From NCBI GenBank assembly GCA_964016885.1, contig OZ024752.1, positions 36,828,001 through 36,892,000 on the forward strand: a stretch of DNA of 64,000 nucleotides. The letters are read 5' to 3'. Numbering within the stretch: the stretch's first letter is position 1; the number at the start of each line of letters is the position of its first letter. A program made the position numbers and the translations under genes. The DNA is from Eledone cirrhosa (lineage: Eukaryota). Shown here in pieces: positions 12,340 through 25,710 of this stretch. Under the pieces are notes generated by a model. It saw only the letters and a program-made list of their open reading frames with translations. It did no database searches and was not told where the DNA came from.

Positions 12340-12414
12340 CTTTCTCCTCGTGCAATGGCCATACTCGATGACGAGGGGGCAGCCATCATATATATATGTA
12401 TGTATATATATATG

Positions 12415-12454
<40 letters not shown>

Positions 12455-12478
12455 TATATATGTATGTATATATATATG

Positions 12479-12551
<73 letters not shown>

Positions 12552-12772
12552 ATATATATATATATATATGTATGTATATATATATGTATATATATGTATG
12601 TATATATATATGTATATATATGTATGTATATATATATGTTTGTATATATATGTATGTATATATATATGTATATATATGTATGTATATATATATGTATGTA
12701 TATATATATGTATGTATATATATATATATGTAGATATATATGTATATATATGTATATATATATATATGTATG

Positions 12773-12923
<151 letters not shown>

Positions 12924-13030
12924 ATGTATATATATGTATATATATATGTATGTATATATATGTATATATATATATGTATATATATATGTATGTATATATA
13001 TGTATATATATATGTATGTATATATATACT

Positions 13031-13628
13031 CTTTTTTTTTTTTTTTTACCTGTTTCAGCCATCCGGCTGAGGCCATGCTGGGGCACCGCCCTTGTTGCTA
13101 CACATTTTATCTCCAGCCTGTATAGGTTGGCCACTGGTGTAGGAGGGAGTTTGTTGCTGCTGCCCTTAGGTTTCCTTCGTGTCTTGCTGTGGGCTCATCC
13201 GGGATCCTGGATAACAAGGTGTCGAGATGTTTCTTAAAGACATCCACCTCCACGTCATGCAAGTCTCTCAGATGCCTCGGCAGCCTGTTGAAGAGTTGAG
13301 GGCCCTTGAATCCCAGGCTATTTCAATACCTGCTCCTTATTCTAGATGTGGAAGACGGGACCTTTGGCACCACACAGTGACGTCCTGTTCGACGGTTGGT
13401 CCAGCTCCCAATGCCAAAGTTTGGTGCTAGTCCCTCCAGGATTTTCCACATGTAGATCACTGCGTATCTCTCCCGTCTTCGCTCCAAGGAGTAGAGGTTC
13501 AGTTCCCTCAGCCTCTCCCAGTAGCTTGTCTCCCTCATCTTGGCAATCCTCTTGGTGTAACTTCGCTGGATTGCCTCAAGCTCCGTGGTTAGTTTGACAC
13601 TATGGTTAGTTTGACACTATGGTTAGTA
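13031..13628 (-). mobile_element. CR1-like LINE 3' fragment with poly(A)
   Basis: Minus-strand ELEAIQRSYTKRI..SYWERLRELNLYSLERRRERY..WKIL..GPQLFNRLP..FKKHLD; one in-frame TGA; 3' stem-loop TCAGCC/GGCTGA; T-run on the + strand. Confidence 0.8.
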
Positions 13629-13662
13629 TGTATATATATATGTATATATATATATATGTATG

Positions 13663-13693
<31 letters not shown>

Positions 13694-13852
13694 ATATATA
13701 TGTATATATATATATATATATGTATGTATATATATATGTATGTATATATATATATATATGTATGTATATATGTATGTATGTATGTATATATATATATATG
13801 TATGTATGTATATATACATATATGTATTTATGTATATATATATATATGTATG

Positions 13853-13926
<74 letters not shown>

Positions 13927-14166
13927 ACGGCCCAGTCGATCTTTCACTAGCTAGCAGTTAGCGGTGTATTTGCTTGCTATGGGATTTTAATTCCTATGTA
14001 ATGGAAATACCTTTCTGAAGGGCCGATCTTTCCATTGGAAGTCTTTGGATTCCCAATCTTTTGTGAGGCGAAACCATCGGTAAAAGCAATTTAGATAGGT
14101 AAATATTTAAATTATTTTAATTTATTTTTAAAGAATGTTTAAAAATTTGCTTGTTCAGCTCATCTC

Positions 14167-14226
<60 letters not shown>

Positions 14227-14323
14227 ATGTATATATATGTATATATATATGTATGTATATATATGTATATATATATGTATGTATATATATGTATATATAT
14301 ATGTATGTATATATATGTATATA

Positions 14324-14364
<41 letters not shown>

Positions 14365-14372
14365 ATATATAC

Positions 14373-14970
14373 TCTTTTTTTTTTTTTTTACCTGTTTCAG
14401 CCATCCGGCTGAGGCCATGCTGGGGCACCGCCCTTGTTGCTACACATTTTATCTCCAGCCTGTATAGGTTGGCCACTGGTGTAAGAGGGAGTTTGTTGCT
14501 GCTGCCCTTAGGTTTCCTTCGTGTCTTGCTGTGGGCTCATCCGGGATCCTGGATAACAAGGTGTCGAGATGTTTCTTAAAGACATCCACCTCCACGTCAT
14601 GCAAGTCTCTCAGATGCCTCGGCAGCCTGTTGAAGAGTTGAGGGCCCTTGAATCCCAGGCTATTTCAATACCTGCTCCTTATTCTAGATGTGGAAGACGG
14701 GACCTTTGGCACCACACAGTGACGTCCTGTTCGACGGTTGGTCCAGCTCCCAATGCCAAAGTTTGGTGCTAGTCCCTCCAGGATTTTCCACATGTAGATC
14801 ACTGCGTATCTCTCCCGTCTTCGCTCCAAGGAGTAGAGGTTCAGTTCCTTTATCCTCTCCCAGTAGCTTGTCTCCCTCATCTTGGCAATCCTCTTGGTGT
14901 AGCTTCGCTGGATTGCCTCAAGCTCCGTGGTTAGTTTGACACTATGGTTAGTTTGACACTATGGTTAGTA
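14373..14970 (-). mobile_element. CR1-like LINE 3' fragment (duplicate)
   Basis: Near-identical to 13031-13628 with the same junctions. Confidence 0.8.
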
Positions 14971-15004
14971 TGTATATATATATGTATGTATATATATATG
15001 TATG

Positions 15005-15044
<40 letters not shown>

Positions 15045-15072
15045 TGTATGTATATATATATATATATGTATG

Positions 15073-15109
<37 letters not shown>

Positions 15110-15156
15110 GTATGTATATATATATATATGTATGTATATATATATATATATATATG

Positions 15157-15199
<43 letters not shown>

Positions 15200-15322
15200 A
15201 TATATATATGTATGTATATATATATATATATGTATGTATATATGTATGTATATATGTATATATATATGTATGTATGTATATATACATATATGTATTTATG
15301 TATATATATATATATATGTATG

Positions 15323-15376
<54 letters not shown>

Positions 15377-15616
15377 ACGGCCCACTCGATCTTTCACTAG
15401 CTAGCAGTTAGCGGTGTATTTGCTTGCTATGGGATTTTAATTCCTATGTAATGGAAATACCTTTCTGAAGGGCCGATCTTTCCATTGGAAGTCTTTGGAT
15501 TCCCAATCTTTTGTGAGGCGAAACCATCGGTAAAAGCAATTTAGATAGGTAAATATTTAAATTATTTTAATTTATTTTTAAAGAATGTTTAAAAATTTGC
15601 TTGTTCAGCTCATCTC

Positions 15617-15976
<360 letters not shown>

Positions 15977-16015
15977 GATATTAACAAATGGAAACTATAT
16001 TTATAAAACCATATT

Positions 16016-16080
16016 TATTTCATTATACATATTTCAAGGACACCAAGTTAAATTATGGTGTGCTTTCATCAGATAAAATA
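16016..16080 (-). ncRNA. Hammerhead, family A variant (CUGAUGA) in a solo pLTR fragment starting near 15976
   Basis: Minus: UAUUUUAU CUGAUGA AAG..ACACCA/UGGUGU..CUU GAAA UAUGUA UA AUGAAAUA. Confidence 0.75.
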
Positions 16081-16432
16081 TAATATAGATCAGTTTTATA
16101 AATAAATATTGACATACGCTTAAAGAATGCAACCATTACTGTTGGAAGCTCCCGGATAGTGGAGTTGTAGCTTTAATTATATTATTAGGCAAGTTAGTAT
16201 TGGATATTTTAAAATAAACCGTTGGGTTACGGAGAAAGAGAAAGAGAGAGAAATATATATATATATATATGACAGAGATAAAAACAGATATAAGTATACA
16301 TGTGTTCTAATTGCAAAGGACCAAGTTAACTAGGTTGAAAAAAATACTAACTTAAAACAATATGGTTTGCCTGACCCGATTTAAAGTAATAAATCAATAA
16401 AAAGAGCAAACCTATATATATATATATATGCA

Positions 16433-16477
<45 letters not shown>

Positions 16478-16479
16478 GC

Positions 16480-16523
<44 letters not shown>

Positions 16524-16714
16524 ATATGCATATATATATATATGAATATATATTCATATATATACACATATACATATGTGTATATATATATATATATACA
16601 CATATACATATGTGTATATATACACATATACATATGTGTATATATTCTTCATATATACATATATATATATATATGTATATATATATATGTATATATTCAT
16701 ACACACACACACAC

Positions 16715-16782
<68 letters not shown>

Positions 16783-17164
16783 GGGCTTATGTATATATGC
16801 GTATCTATATGTTTGAGTGTATGTGTGGTGTAATGCACAATTTGAAGGTGTCAATATCCGACTAGAGACGTATTTCGTATTTCACACTTGAGGAATTGTT
16901 GTCGACCAATGAAATGGTTTTATCCACCTTTTACACTAAACAGCGAGTTGCAGTTGCTACTACAACACTGTATATACAATTATCTCCGACTCTTGGGATT
17001 TTACGTAACTCTGCTCCTACTATTTCATATAGCAATATAAAACATTGATAGAATATTCAACACTGCGTTCTCACTACAACAAATTCGATAGAGGCATGTT
17101 GCTCGAATTTGCCAATCATTTTAATTATCGCAGAGATGTTCTAACATTATTTCCTATAAATATA

Positions 17165-17350
17165 GTGGATTGACAGAATCGATAGAGTGTCAGACAGCAT
17201 GCTTTGTGGCTTACAGTAACGTCTTTTTACGTTCTGATTTCAAATCCCGCCGAGGTTAGCTTTATGTTTTATATATTATGGGGTCGATAAAATAAAGTAC
17301 CAGTAATGCTCTAGGGTAATTGTTGGCTTTGTGCCAAAAAGTAGAATCAA
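17165..17350 (+). mobile_element. tRNA-derived SINE (partial second head follows at ~17365-17415)
   Basis: A-box-like TGACAGAATCGATAG, B-box-like ATTTCAAATCCC, core GGGGTCGATAAAATAAAGTACCAG. Confidence 0.8.
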
Positions 17351-17455
17351 TTATTTCCTCTGAAGGCAGTGCATTGGCAGAACCGATAGAGCGTCGGACA
17401 ACATGCTTTACGTCTTTAAAATATAGATATAAATATAGATATAAATATATAGTCT

Positions 17456-17497
17456 ATCAAAGTTCTTTCATCACACACCTGTGACATCATCAGTGGT
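17456..17497 (-). ncRNA. Hammerhead-like motif, family C
   Basis: Minus: ACCA CUGAUGA U GUCACA/UGUGAU GAAA GAAC UU UGAU; homologous to 53624-53666. Confidence 0.55.
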
Positions 17498-17549
17498 ACT
17501 ATTATGTTTCCTCCCGTTGTATTTTAATGTCTATTCTATTTCATCGTCG

Positions 17550-17601
<52 letters not shown>

Positions 17602-17603
<2 letters not shown>

Positions 17604-17962
17604 GATATTAAATAAATGGAAATTATATTTATAAAACCATATTTATTTCATTATATATATTTCAGGGATATCATATTAAAAATATGTTATGCCTTCTTCA
17701 GACAAAATACAATATAAACAGTCTTATAAATAGATAGATTCGACATACCTTTTAACATCGACTTGCATTTGAAAAGTTGATTTGGTAGTAAAAATATTAT
17801 GGAGTTGATATCCCTGAAATATATATAATGAAATAAATATGGTTTTATAAATATAATTTCCATTTATTTAATATCGTAAATATACTCCAAATACTTGTTG
17901 AGTGCTTTTATATCAGTTATAAATATTTACTCGTTGTAACCCAACAATTTAAATATAACTTT

Positions 17963-17964
<2 letters not shown>
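17602..17964. mobile_element. ORF-less inverted pLTR pair of PLE family A (hammerhead at 17644-17709, minus)
   Basis: Short inverted arm then direct arm with tail; (TA)n both sides. Confidence 0.8.
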
Positions 17965-17994
<30 letters not shown>

Positions 17995-17997
<3 letters not shown>

Positions 17998-18152
17998 GTT
18001 CTTTATATTCTGAATTCAAATCCCGTCGAGGTTAGCTTTGCCTTTTATCCTTACTGGGTCGATAAAATATAGTACCAGTAACGCACTAGGGTCGATATAA
18101 TCAACTTTCCCCTCCCAAAATGTGTGGCTTTATACCAAGATTAGAAACCAAT
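17995..18152 (+). mobile_element. 5'-truncated tRNA-derived SINE
   Basis: TTCAAATCCCGTCGAGGTTAGCTTTGCC..GGGTCGATAAAATATAGTACCAG. Confidence 0.75.
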
Positions 18153-18451
18153 ATTTTAAGCATCTGTATTTACTTCAGAGAGAGATTTTTTCGCTGTATT
18201 TTTCATTTCCCTTCCCTTTTCCCTTCTGTTATATATATTTTTTTTCTCTTTCCTCTTTTTTCCCCAATAACTTCCTCTAGTTATTGACGCACTGGCTGGG
18301 CTTAGATATCTTGTCTTTAATGCATAGAAATATCCATGATCCCCACCAGACAACTGATGAAGGAAAATGTTCTCCCTTTCGTGCTTTCCTCTTATTTATA
18401 ACTACACCTTATCCACCAACTACACAGTCCCTGTTTCTTCTTCTTATATAT

Positions 18452-19042
18452 ATCTTAAGGCAATTAAACAACTCTACAAAACAAAACATTTTAGTAACAG
18501 ATGGGCAGAACGTAATATCTGCCTCCCAACCACTAAATGGGAGACGGGTATTACACAACCCACCTGTACCGCTATCACAACCTATCCATGGTATACCCGC
18601 TACCCACAACAAAGAATGTAACTGCCATCTACCTGAAAGATGTCCATTGAAGAATGAATGCCTAAAGTCCAACATTGTTTACCAATGCACGGTTGAATCG
18701 AACGACCAGAAATGGTATTATATCGGATCTACCACCACCTCGTTTAAATCTCGCTGGTACCGTCATCGATTCTCAATCAAACATCCTAATCACCGTTTTG
18801 TAACCACGCTCGCCAACAAGACCTGGCAACTCCGTGAACGCAACCAACAGTTCACCTTAAAATGGGATATACTTTCCAGCGCAAGTGCATATCGGAGTGG
18901 ATTGAAATACTGCAGGTTATGTAACCTTGAACTCTTTTACATATTAAAATCCAAAAACAAACTACTTAACGATAGAATTGAACGATCATTATACTGCAAC
19001 CACAAACTAAAAGCTAAATTCTCTCACTATAAAATAACTTAA
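18452..19042 (+). pseudogene. PLE GIY-YIG endonuclease fragment
   Basis: ECNCHLPERCPLKNECLKSNIVYQCTV..WYYIGSTTTSFKSRWYRH..YCRLCNLE..LLNDR..CNH. Confidence 0.85.
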
Positions 19043-19542
19043 CATTCGAACCCGTAACTATAACATCGCTTTCTTGATAATCACCTTCTCTTCCCCCACA
19101 CTACAAGACAATACACTGCTTATCACTATAAATGGTAACTCAGTGCAATTCATAGATTACTACTACAAACCCAAAGTTCACTCACCACATAAACTTCGTC
19201 TGTCCCCTCTCTACCTCTCTCTCTACATCCATTACACTCTCTCTCTCTCTCTCTCTCGCCTTTGGCCTACCTCCCTCTCCACATCCACGAACCTGCCCTC
19301 TGGGGCAATAAATAATTCCGACCTTAACGATCAACGCATCTCTCCAAAAGTAACCAGTATAATAAAACCCCTACCATAACATTTTGATTAAGATATCTAC
19401 AAACCACTCTCTCCTACTTCTCCAACCCCTGCATATCTTTCTCTCTCTCTCTCCTTCTCCCCTACTTTTCTCTCTTCCTTTTCTACTCTATCTTCCCCAA
19501 CAACCCCACTTAAGGGTATTTACATTGTACATTTTACCATTC

Positions 19543-19654
19543 TGCTCTGAGGATACAGTGGTCACAGCATTGGATATTTGAGTTCTGCAAATAGTTGTAA
19601 ATTTGCACATAGCATAACTAGGCTGTAGTACCACCGTGGAAACATTTGTAAGCA
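19543..19654 (+). ncRNA. Type-I hammerhead with enlarged stem II, family D
   Basis: UGCU CUGAGGA [~85-nt stem II: GUGGU/ACCAC, ACAGC/GCUGU, UGCAAAU/AUUUGCA] GAAA CAUUUG UA AGCA. Confidence 0.7.
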
Positions 19655-19848
19655 CACAGAATAAATTACCTTTTTTGATGTCTACCTGTTATTATTCATT
19701 CTTTATATACACTCCGGAATACAGAAGGATCAGGAACTAAGTTTCTTCAACAATTCTTCCATAACTCGTAGAGTAACCTCTCACCGTACGTCAACCATAT
19801 CCAGTGTAGTAATTAACCAGTACTACATCTTGGGTAATCCTATACCTA

Positions 19849-19894
<46 letters not shown>

Positions 19895-20129
19895 GTTTAC
19901 ATATATATATATATACATATATACATATACGCGTTTTGCAACGGGTCACTTTGTGGCTCAATGAAAAGTTAATAAATTAAATAATCAGAGATTAAACCAA
20001 GCTATTCGATTTTTTATATGGTTAATTATGCTAATTGGGAGAGGAAATGGTATATATTTTATCTGGTGATTCTATAAACATGTTTTATGATATATATATA
20101 TATATGTATATATATGTATATATATGTAC

Positions 20130-20262
<133 letters not shown>

Positions 20263-20657
20263 CAATGGTATGGTCAAAGGTTTAGAGCTTTCGAAAGCAA
20301 TATCTTGTATTTCCTACTCAGAAACTCAAGATAAACGGCTTGTTGAGACTCTATCAACCTCTCTCTCTTTCTCTTTCTCTTTCTCTATCTATCTATCTAT
20401 CTATCTATCTCTATCTAACTCTCTCTCTCTCGTTCCTCTCTCTCAACTCTCTATCTCTCTGTTTCTCTTTATCTCTCTATCAGTCTCCCCTCTCTCACTC
20501 TTGTAAATTAAATTAGGACGAGGTGGTTAGACAATACTTAAATCTTTATCATATTTGCAACTTATAAATAATTGTTTGATAGTCCAACATTTATTATTTA
20601 TTTAGGTAAACTGACTTTCCCATTCAGGGAGTGAGGTATTTTTAATGTTTTGGATTT

Positions 20658-20780
<123 letters not shown>

Positions 20781-20915
20781 GATAAATCTACCAAGAGTTT
20801 ACGGTAGTGTCCAATCATATATATCCCAACACATATATATCCCAGAAACGATCGTTAAATAATGAACTTTTTTTGTTTAATATAAGGAACTGTTTCATTG
20901 TTTTATTCATTATTT

Positions 20916-20947
<32 letters not shown>

Positions 20948-21150
20948 TTCTTTTTGCTTTCTTCTTTTTCTTTATCTATCTTTCTCTTTCTTTTTCTCAA
21001 ACGTTTCTCTCTATCTCTCCATCTTTTTACTTACTCTTAACACTATGACTTACTAAAGTAAACAAACCACTATCCGGATGGCCTCCAAAAACAACGGTCA
21101 CCTTTTTGAAAGGGTACGTCAATATCTATTTGTAAAACTGTTATATATTG

Positions 21151-21215
21151 TATTTTGTCTGATGAAGGCATACCATAATTTAACTTGGTATCCTTGAAAT
21201 ATATATAATGAAATA
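21151..21215 (+). ncRNA. Hammerhead, family A variant (CUGAUGA) in a solo pLTR ending at 21256
   Basis: UAUUUUGU CUGAUGA AGG..AUACCA/UGGUAU..CCUU GAAA UAUAUA UA AUGAAAUA. Confidence 0.78.
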
Positions 21216-21251
21216 AATATGGTTTTATAAATATAGTTTCCATTTATTAAT

Positions 21252-21338
<87 letters not shown>

Positions 21339-21344
21339 ATGTGT

Positions 21345-21383
<39 letters not shown>

Positions 21384-21560
21384 AAACTCTTTAAAATTTA
21401 CATGCACATACACAACTGCACACAATGCATTTCCCATCTATCTCATTCATATTGTTACAATAAGTTCGAATTCCAATCACAAGATCATCGGTTCAACATT
21501 TCTCCCTGTAAATAGTTATTTCTCCAAAGCTACTCATATACCAGTATTTAATCCTATATG

Positions 21561-21744
21561 GCGGTGGATTGGCAGTATCGGTAGAGGGTCGGACGCCATG
21601 CTTTCAAGCATAGTTACGTCCCTTTAGGATCTGAGTTCAAATCCCGCCGAGGTTGACTTTGCTTTTCATCCTTTACGGGGTCGATAAAATAAAGTACCAG
21701 TAATGCACTGGGTAATTGCTGGCCTTGTGCCTAAAGTAGAAACA
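21561..21744 (+). mobile_element. Full-length tRNA-derived SINE with 18-bp TSD
   Basis: A box TGGCAGTATCGG, B box GAGTTCAAATCC; TSD AGTATTTAATCCTATATG at 21543 and 21745. Confidence 0.9.
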
Positions 21745-22094
21745 AGTATTTAATCCTATATGTTATTTGTACGTATATGCTGAATATTTATGTCGTTTAT
21801 ATCCTAGAACTATATAGTGTTTTTATCTTTATCATTTCCACGAGTCTGTGATTATCATAAATTATTGAGTTTCTTCTATGCAAAACGTTATTTTGTCAAA
21901 ATACAATTTTCCAGTTTGTATGATTGCGCATAATCTGATGAAAATCAAGTATTTCCAGTTGTGTTGAAGTAAACTGAAGCTACACATACACACTATATAT
22001 AAGGGGAGATCACTCTGAGATAGCTTCCTTTACAATTATGAATATATCCGGTAATCCTGGTATATATATTATGGCACACCAAACCTAGACTCTT

Positions 22095-22330
22095 CTTTAC
22101 CTTCTTCGCCAACTTGTTCCTGTGAAGGTCGCAGGGCAAGAGTCCTTAAACATTCCTTCCAGTTGGTCCTGTCAGAAACAACCGTCTCTAATTGATCCGG
22201 CAGGGTCCCCAAGCGAGACGAGCCGAGATCATAGATGATATCCAGTAATTTTGTTCAGAGTCTATCCCCGGGTCTCCTGCCCAGCGGTTCTTTCTATCTA
22301 TCACGTTTCTCTTTCTTGCTGAAGTTGCGA
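22095..22330 (-). mobile_element. Degenerate RTE (Rex3/Expander-like) 3' fragment
   Basis: Minus-strand peptide PLGRRPG..LLDIIYDLGSSRLGTLPDQLETVVSDRTNWKECLRTLALRP resembles the RTE C-terminus. Confidence 0.55.
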
Positions 22331-22754
22331 CCGGTAGATAATATCAGCAATTGGAAAGACCAATAGAAACATTGTTTCCTTGGTCCGATTTGACGAGTTA
22401 CATCCCACTCGGTTAGCGGATGTGGTTTGGGACCTTGCCAACCGAAGTAACAACATAACAACCTAAGAATTCAGAGGTGAAATGTCAAATTGAATGCCAA
22501 AGTCATTATGAACAAAGTTTGAGGCACTGAACGGTGTGAGTAATGAGGAGAGACGATAAGAAATAACTTTTTCTTTTAGACGTGTAACGGTAGGGCTCTG
22601 ATCAATTTGGATCAGGGGGACAGAGGTGGAAAATACCTACATCCCTTCCGTCATTGTCTACCACCTGACCGTCTTGTCTTGTTCCGGTCCTCGTCTGACT
22701 AAATTGGATCGTCTTCTCGTCCGCTTCTTGTAGCAGATGGGGGGGGGGGGGGGG

Positions 22755-22945
22755 GAGATCGGTAGAGCGTTGGACAAAATGCTTTGCGGTATTTAGAGAC
22801 GACTTTCTACGTTCTGAGTTCAAATCCCGCCGAAGTTAGCTTTTCCTTTCATCCTTCCTGGGTTGATAAAATAAAGTACCAGTTAAGTACTGGGGGTCGA
22901 TATAATCGATCTTTCCCCTCAAATTGCTGGCATTGAACCAATGTT
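22755..22945 (+). mobile_element. tRNA-derived SINE
   Basis: GGTAGAGCG..GAGTTCAAATCCCGCCG..GATAAAATAAAGTACCAG. Confidence 0.8.
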
Positions 22946-23269
22946 CAATAGAATTGTTATTATACACCTTGTGGAAATGTATTTACTTCTGCTCTCACCG
23001 TTGGTTTGAGGATGACTACGTTTTCTTTTTCAAGGATTTTCAAAGATTTGACGGTATTTTTCCGTGCGTAAACCCCTTTACACGGCTAGCGAGTTTTATT
23101 TAATTAATTCTTATCACATTTGGAAAGAGAGAAACAAACAACAGCAAAAATTCTATTGAAAATTTTCCTTCTTCGGATGTTAACACCCTGTTTAGAAATT
23201 GATTAATATTCCTTCAAGTTCTGTCGTGTAACCCTATCTTATAAGGCGAGTGTCTTTCATTTAATTGTT

Positions 23270-23304
<35 letters not shown>

Positions 23305-23519
23305 CTTTGTGTATCTCTGTGTGTGTGTGTGTGTGTATCTGTGTGTGTGTGTGTGTGAAAAATACCCCCCAAATAATAAATAGTTAAAAAAAAATTTATT
23401 TCAACATTTTGGACGTCATTTTATGATGGCGTCACTTCAATGAGGTAACGCTCACAAGAAAAAAAAAAAAAGGGGAAACTAACAATTTCGTGGACACATT
23501 TCTACGAATACAAAACAGA

Positions 23520-24555
23520 AACTAAAATAAAATAAAATTATATTAAATTAAATTAAAATAAAATAAAACGAAATAAAATAAAATAAATAAAAATAGAGTA
23601 CAATAAAATAAAATTAAAATAAAATAAAATAAATAAAATAAAATGAAATAGAATAAAAATAAAATAAAATGAAACAAAATGAAATAAATAAAATAAATAA
23701 AAATAGAAAATAATAGAATCAAATAAAATAGAATAAAATAAAATAGAATGAAATAAAATAAAAATGAAATAAAATAAAATGAAATAAAATAAAGAAGATA
23801 TGAAATAAAATAAATAAAAATAAATAAAAATAAAAATAAATGAAAATAAAAATAAAAATAAAAATAAAAATAAAAATAAATTAAAATAAAATAAAATGAA
23901 ACAAAATGAAATAAATAAAATGAATAAAAATAGAAAATAATAGAATCAAATAAAATAAAATGAAATAAAATAAAAATAAAATAAAATAAACTGAAATAAA
24001 ATAAAAAAGATATGAAATAAAATAAAGAAAAATAAATTAAATAAAATTAAATTAAAATAAAATAAAATAAAATAAAATAATTAAAATAAAATAAAATAAA
24101 ATAAAATTAAATTAAATTAAATTAAAAAAATATTTAAAAAATAAATAAAATAAAATATTACAAAACAAAATAAAAGAAAATAAGATAAAACAAAATAAAA
24201 TTAAATTAAATTAAATTAAAATTAAATTAAAAAGAAAATTAATAAATAAAATAAAACAAAATAAAACAAAACAACAAAACAAAATAAAATGAAATAAAAT
24301 AAAATAAAATAAAATAAAATAAAAATAATATAAAATTAAAATAATATAAAATAAAATAAAATGAAACAAAATGAAATAAATAAAATAAATAAAAATAGAA
24401 ATTAATAGAATAAAATAAAATGAAATAAAATAAAAATAAAATAAAATAAAGTAAATAAATTAAAATAAAATGAAATGAAATAAAATAAAATAAAATAAAA
24501 TAAAATAAATTAAAACAAAATAAAATAAAACAAAATAAAATTAAATGAAATAATA
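23520..24555. repeat. (AAAAT)n degenerate microsatellite
   Basis: Visible pentamer periodicity. Confidence 0.95.
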
Positions 24556-24747
24556 ACTGTCTGTTTCACAATAGGACATATATATTTTAGAAACGGGGAA
24601 AATTATATCTTTTACCCCCGAAATAACAATGGTTTATTGAGTAGCAGCAGCAGTAGCAGCAGGAGAAGCAACAGTAGCAGCAGCAGCAGTAGCAACAACA
24701 ACAAGAGTGACAACAACAACATCTATTACAACAACATTAACTTTACA

Positions 24748-25510
24748 AGTCATGATGACCCCTCATTCTCATTACGTGTAACTTTCCGTCATTTCTAAAC
24801 TGACTCCCTGGCCACACTGTGCCACCAATGTGACCCTGCGACCCTTAGCCATGGGTCAACGGGGTCATGATGGCCCCTCATTCTCATTACGTGCAATTTC
24901 CCGTCATTTCTACACTGACTCCCTAGCCACAGTGCCACCAATGTGACCCTGCGACCCTTAGCCATGGGTCAACGGGGTCATGATGACCCCTCATTCTCAT
25001 TACGTGCAATTTCCCGTCATTTCTACGCTGACTCCCTAGCCACAGTGCCACCAATGTGACCCTGCGACCCCTAGCCATGGTTCAACGGGGACATGATGAC
25101 CCCTCATTCTCATTACGTGCAATTTTCCGTCATTTCTAAACTGACTCCCTAGCCACTGTGCCACCAATGTGACCCTGCAACCCTTAGCCATGGATCAACG
25201 GGGTCATGATGACCCCTCATTCTCATTACGTGCAATTTCCCGTCATTACTAAACTGACTCCCTAGCCACTGTGCCACCAATGTGACCCTGCAACCCTTAG
25301 CCATGGATCAACGGGGTCATGATGACCCCTCATTCTCATTACGTGCAATTTCCCGTCATTACTAAACTGACTCCCTAGCCACAGTGCCACCAATGTGACC
25401 CTGCGACCCCTAGCCATGGTTCAACGGGGACATGATGACCCCTCATTCTCATTACGTGCAATTTCCCGTCATTTCTACACTGTGCCACTATTGTGACCCT
25501 GTGACCCCTA
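24748..25510. repeat. 113-bp minisatellite, ~6.5 copies
   Basis: CATGAT at 24751, 24866, 24979, 25092, 25205, 25318, 25431. Confidence 0.95.
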
Positions 25511-25614
25511 CACTTTGGAAGACGTCGTCACCCATAATTTTACTATTATTCTGGTGTTTCCTCCTCTTATATACTGGAGAAACAATCTGTGGGCCAGTGT
25601 ATATCACATTTGCT

Positions 25615-25710
25615 GGTGTATATCGCATATATACCTGTGTATATCGCATATATACCGGTGTATATCGCATATATACCGGTGTATATCGCATATATACCGG
25701 TGTATATCGT
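25615..25710. repeat. 21-bp tandem repeat (~4.5 copies)
   Basis: GGTGTATATCGCATATATACC repeated. Confidence 0.9.

Larger units (their letters stand above)
8260..12388 (+). mobile_element. RTE-clade non-LTR retrotransposon copy 2, near full length
   Basis: 5' UTR with TCTAGGAGAAGG (RTE-like), APE+RT ORF, same 3' terminal stem-loop as copy 1, then (TA)/(TATG)n; 5' boundary approximate. Confidence 0.92.
18452..19855 (+). mobile_element. 5'-truncated PLE, second family: GIY-YIG region plus 3' pLTR
   Basis: CNCx5Cx5C linker, IVY..YIGST, CRLC, stop at 19040-19042; hammerhead in the 3' region; ends at (TA)n. Confidence 0.85.

Noticed and set aside
13323-13325. TGA in both CR1 copies as recoding
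   Set aside because: The copies come from one duplication, so it is a single mutation
18354-18385. CTGATGA-AGG..CCT as hammerhead
   Set aside because: No properly placed GAAA and NUH; at most a remnant
21561-21650. tRNA genes at SINE heads
   Set aside because: A/B boxes present but no cloverleaf; they continue into the SINE core with TSDs
22570-22740. Possible host exon (acceptor-like TTTTCTTTTAG)
   Set aside because: No recognisable protein and no partner exons; needs RNA-seq
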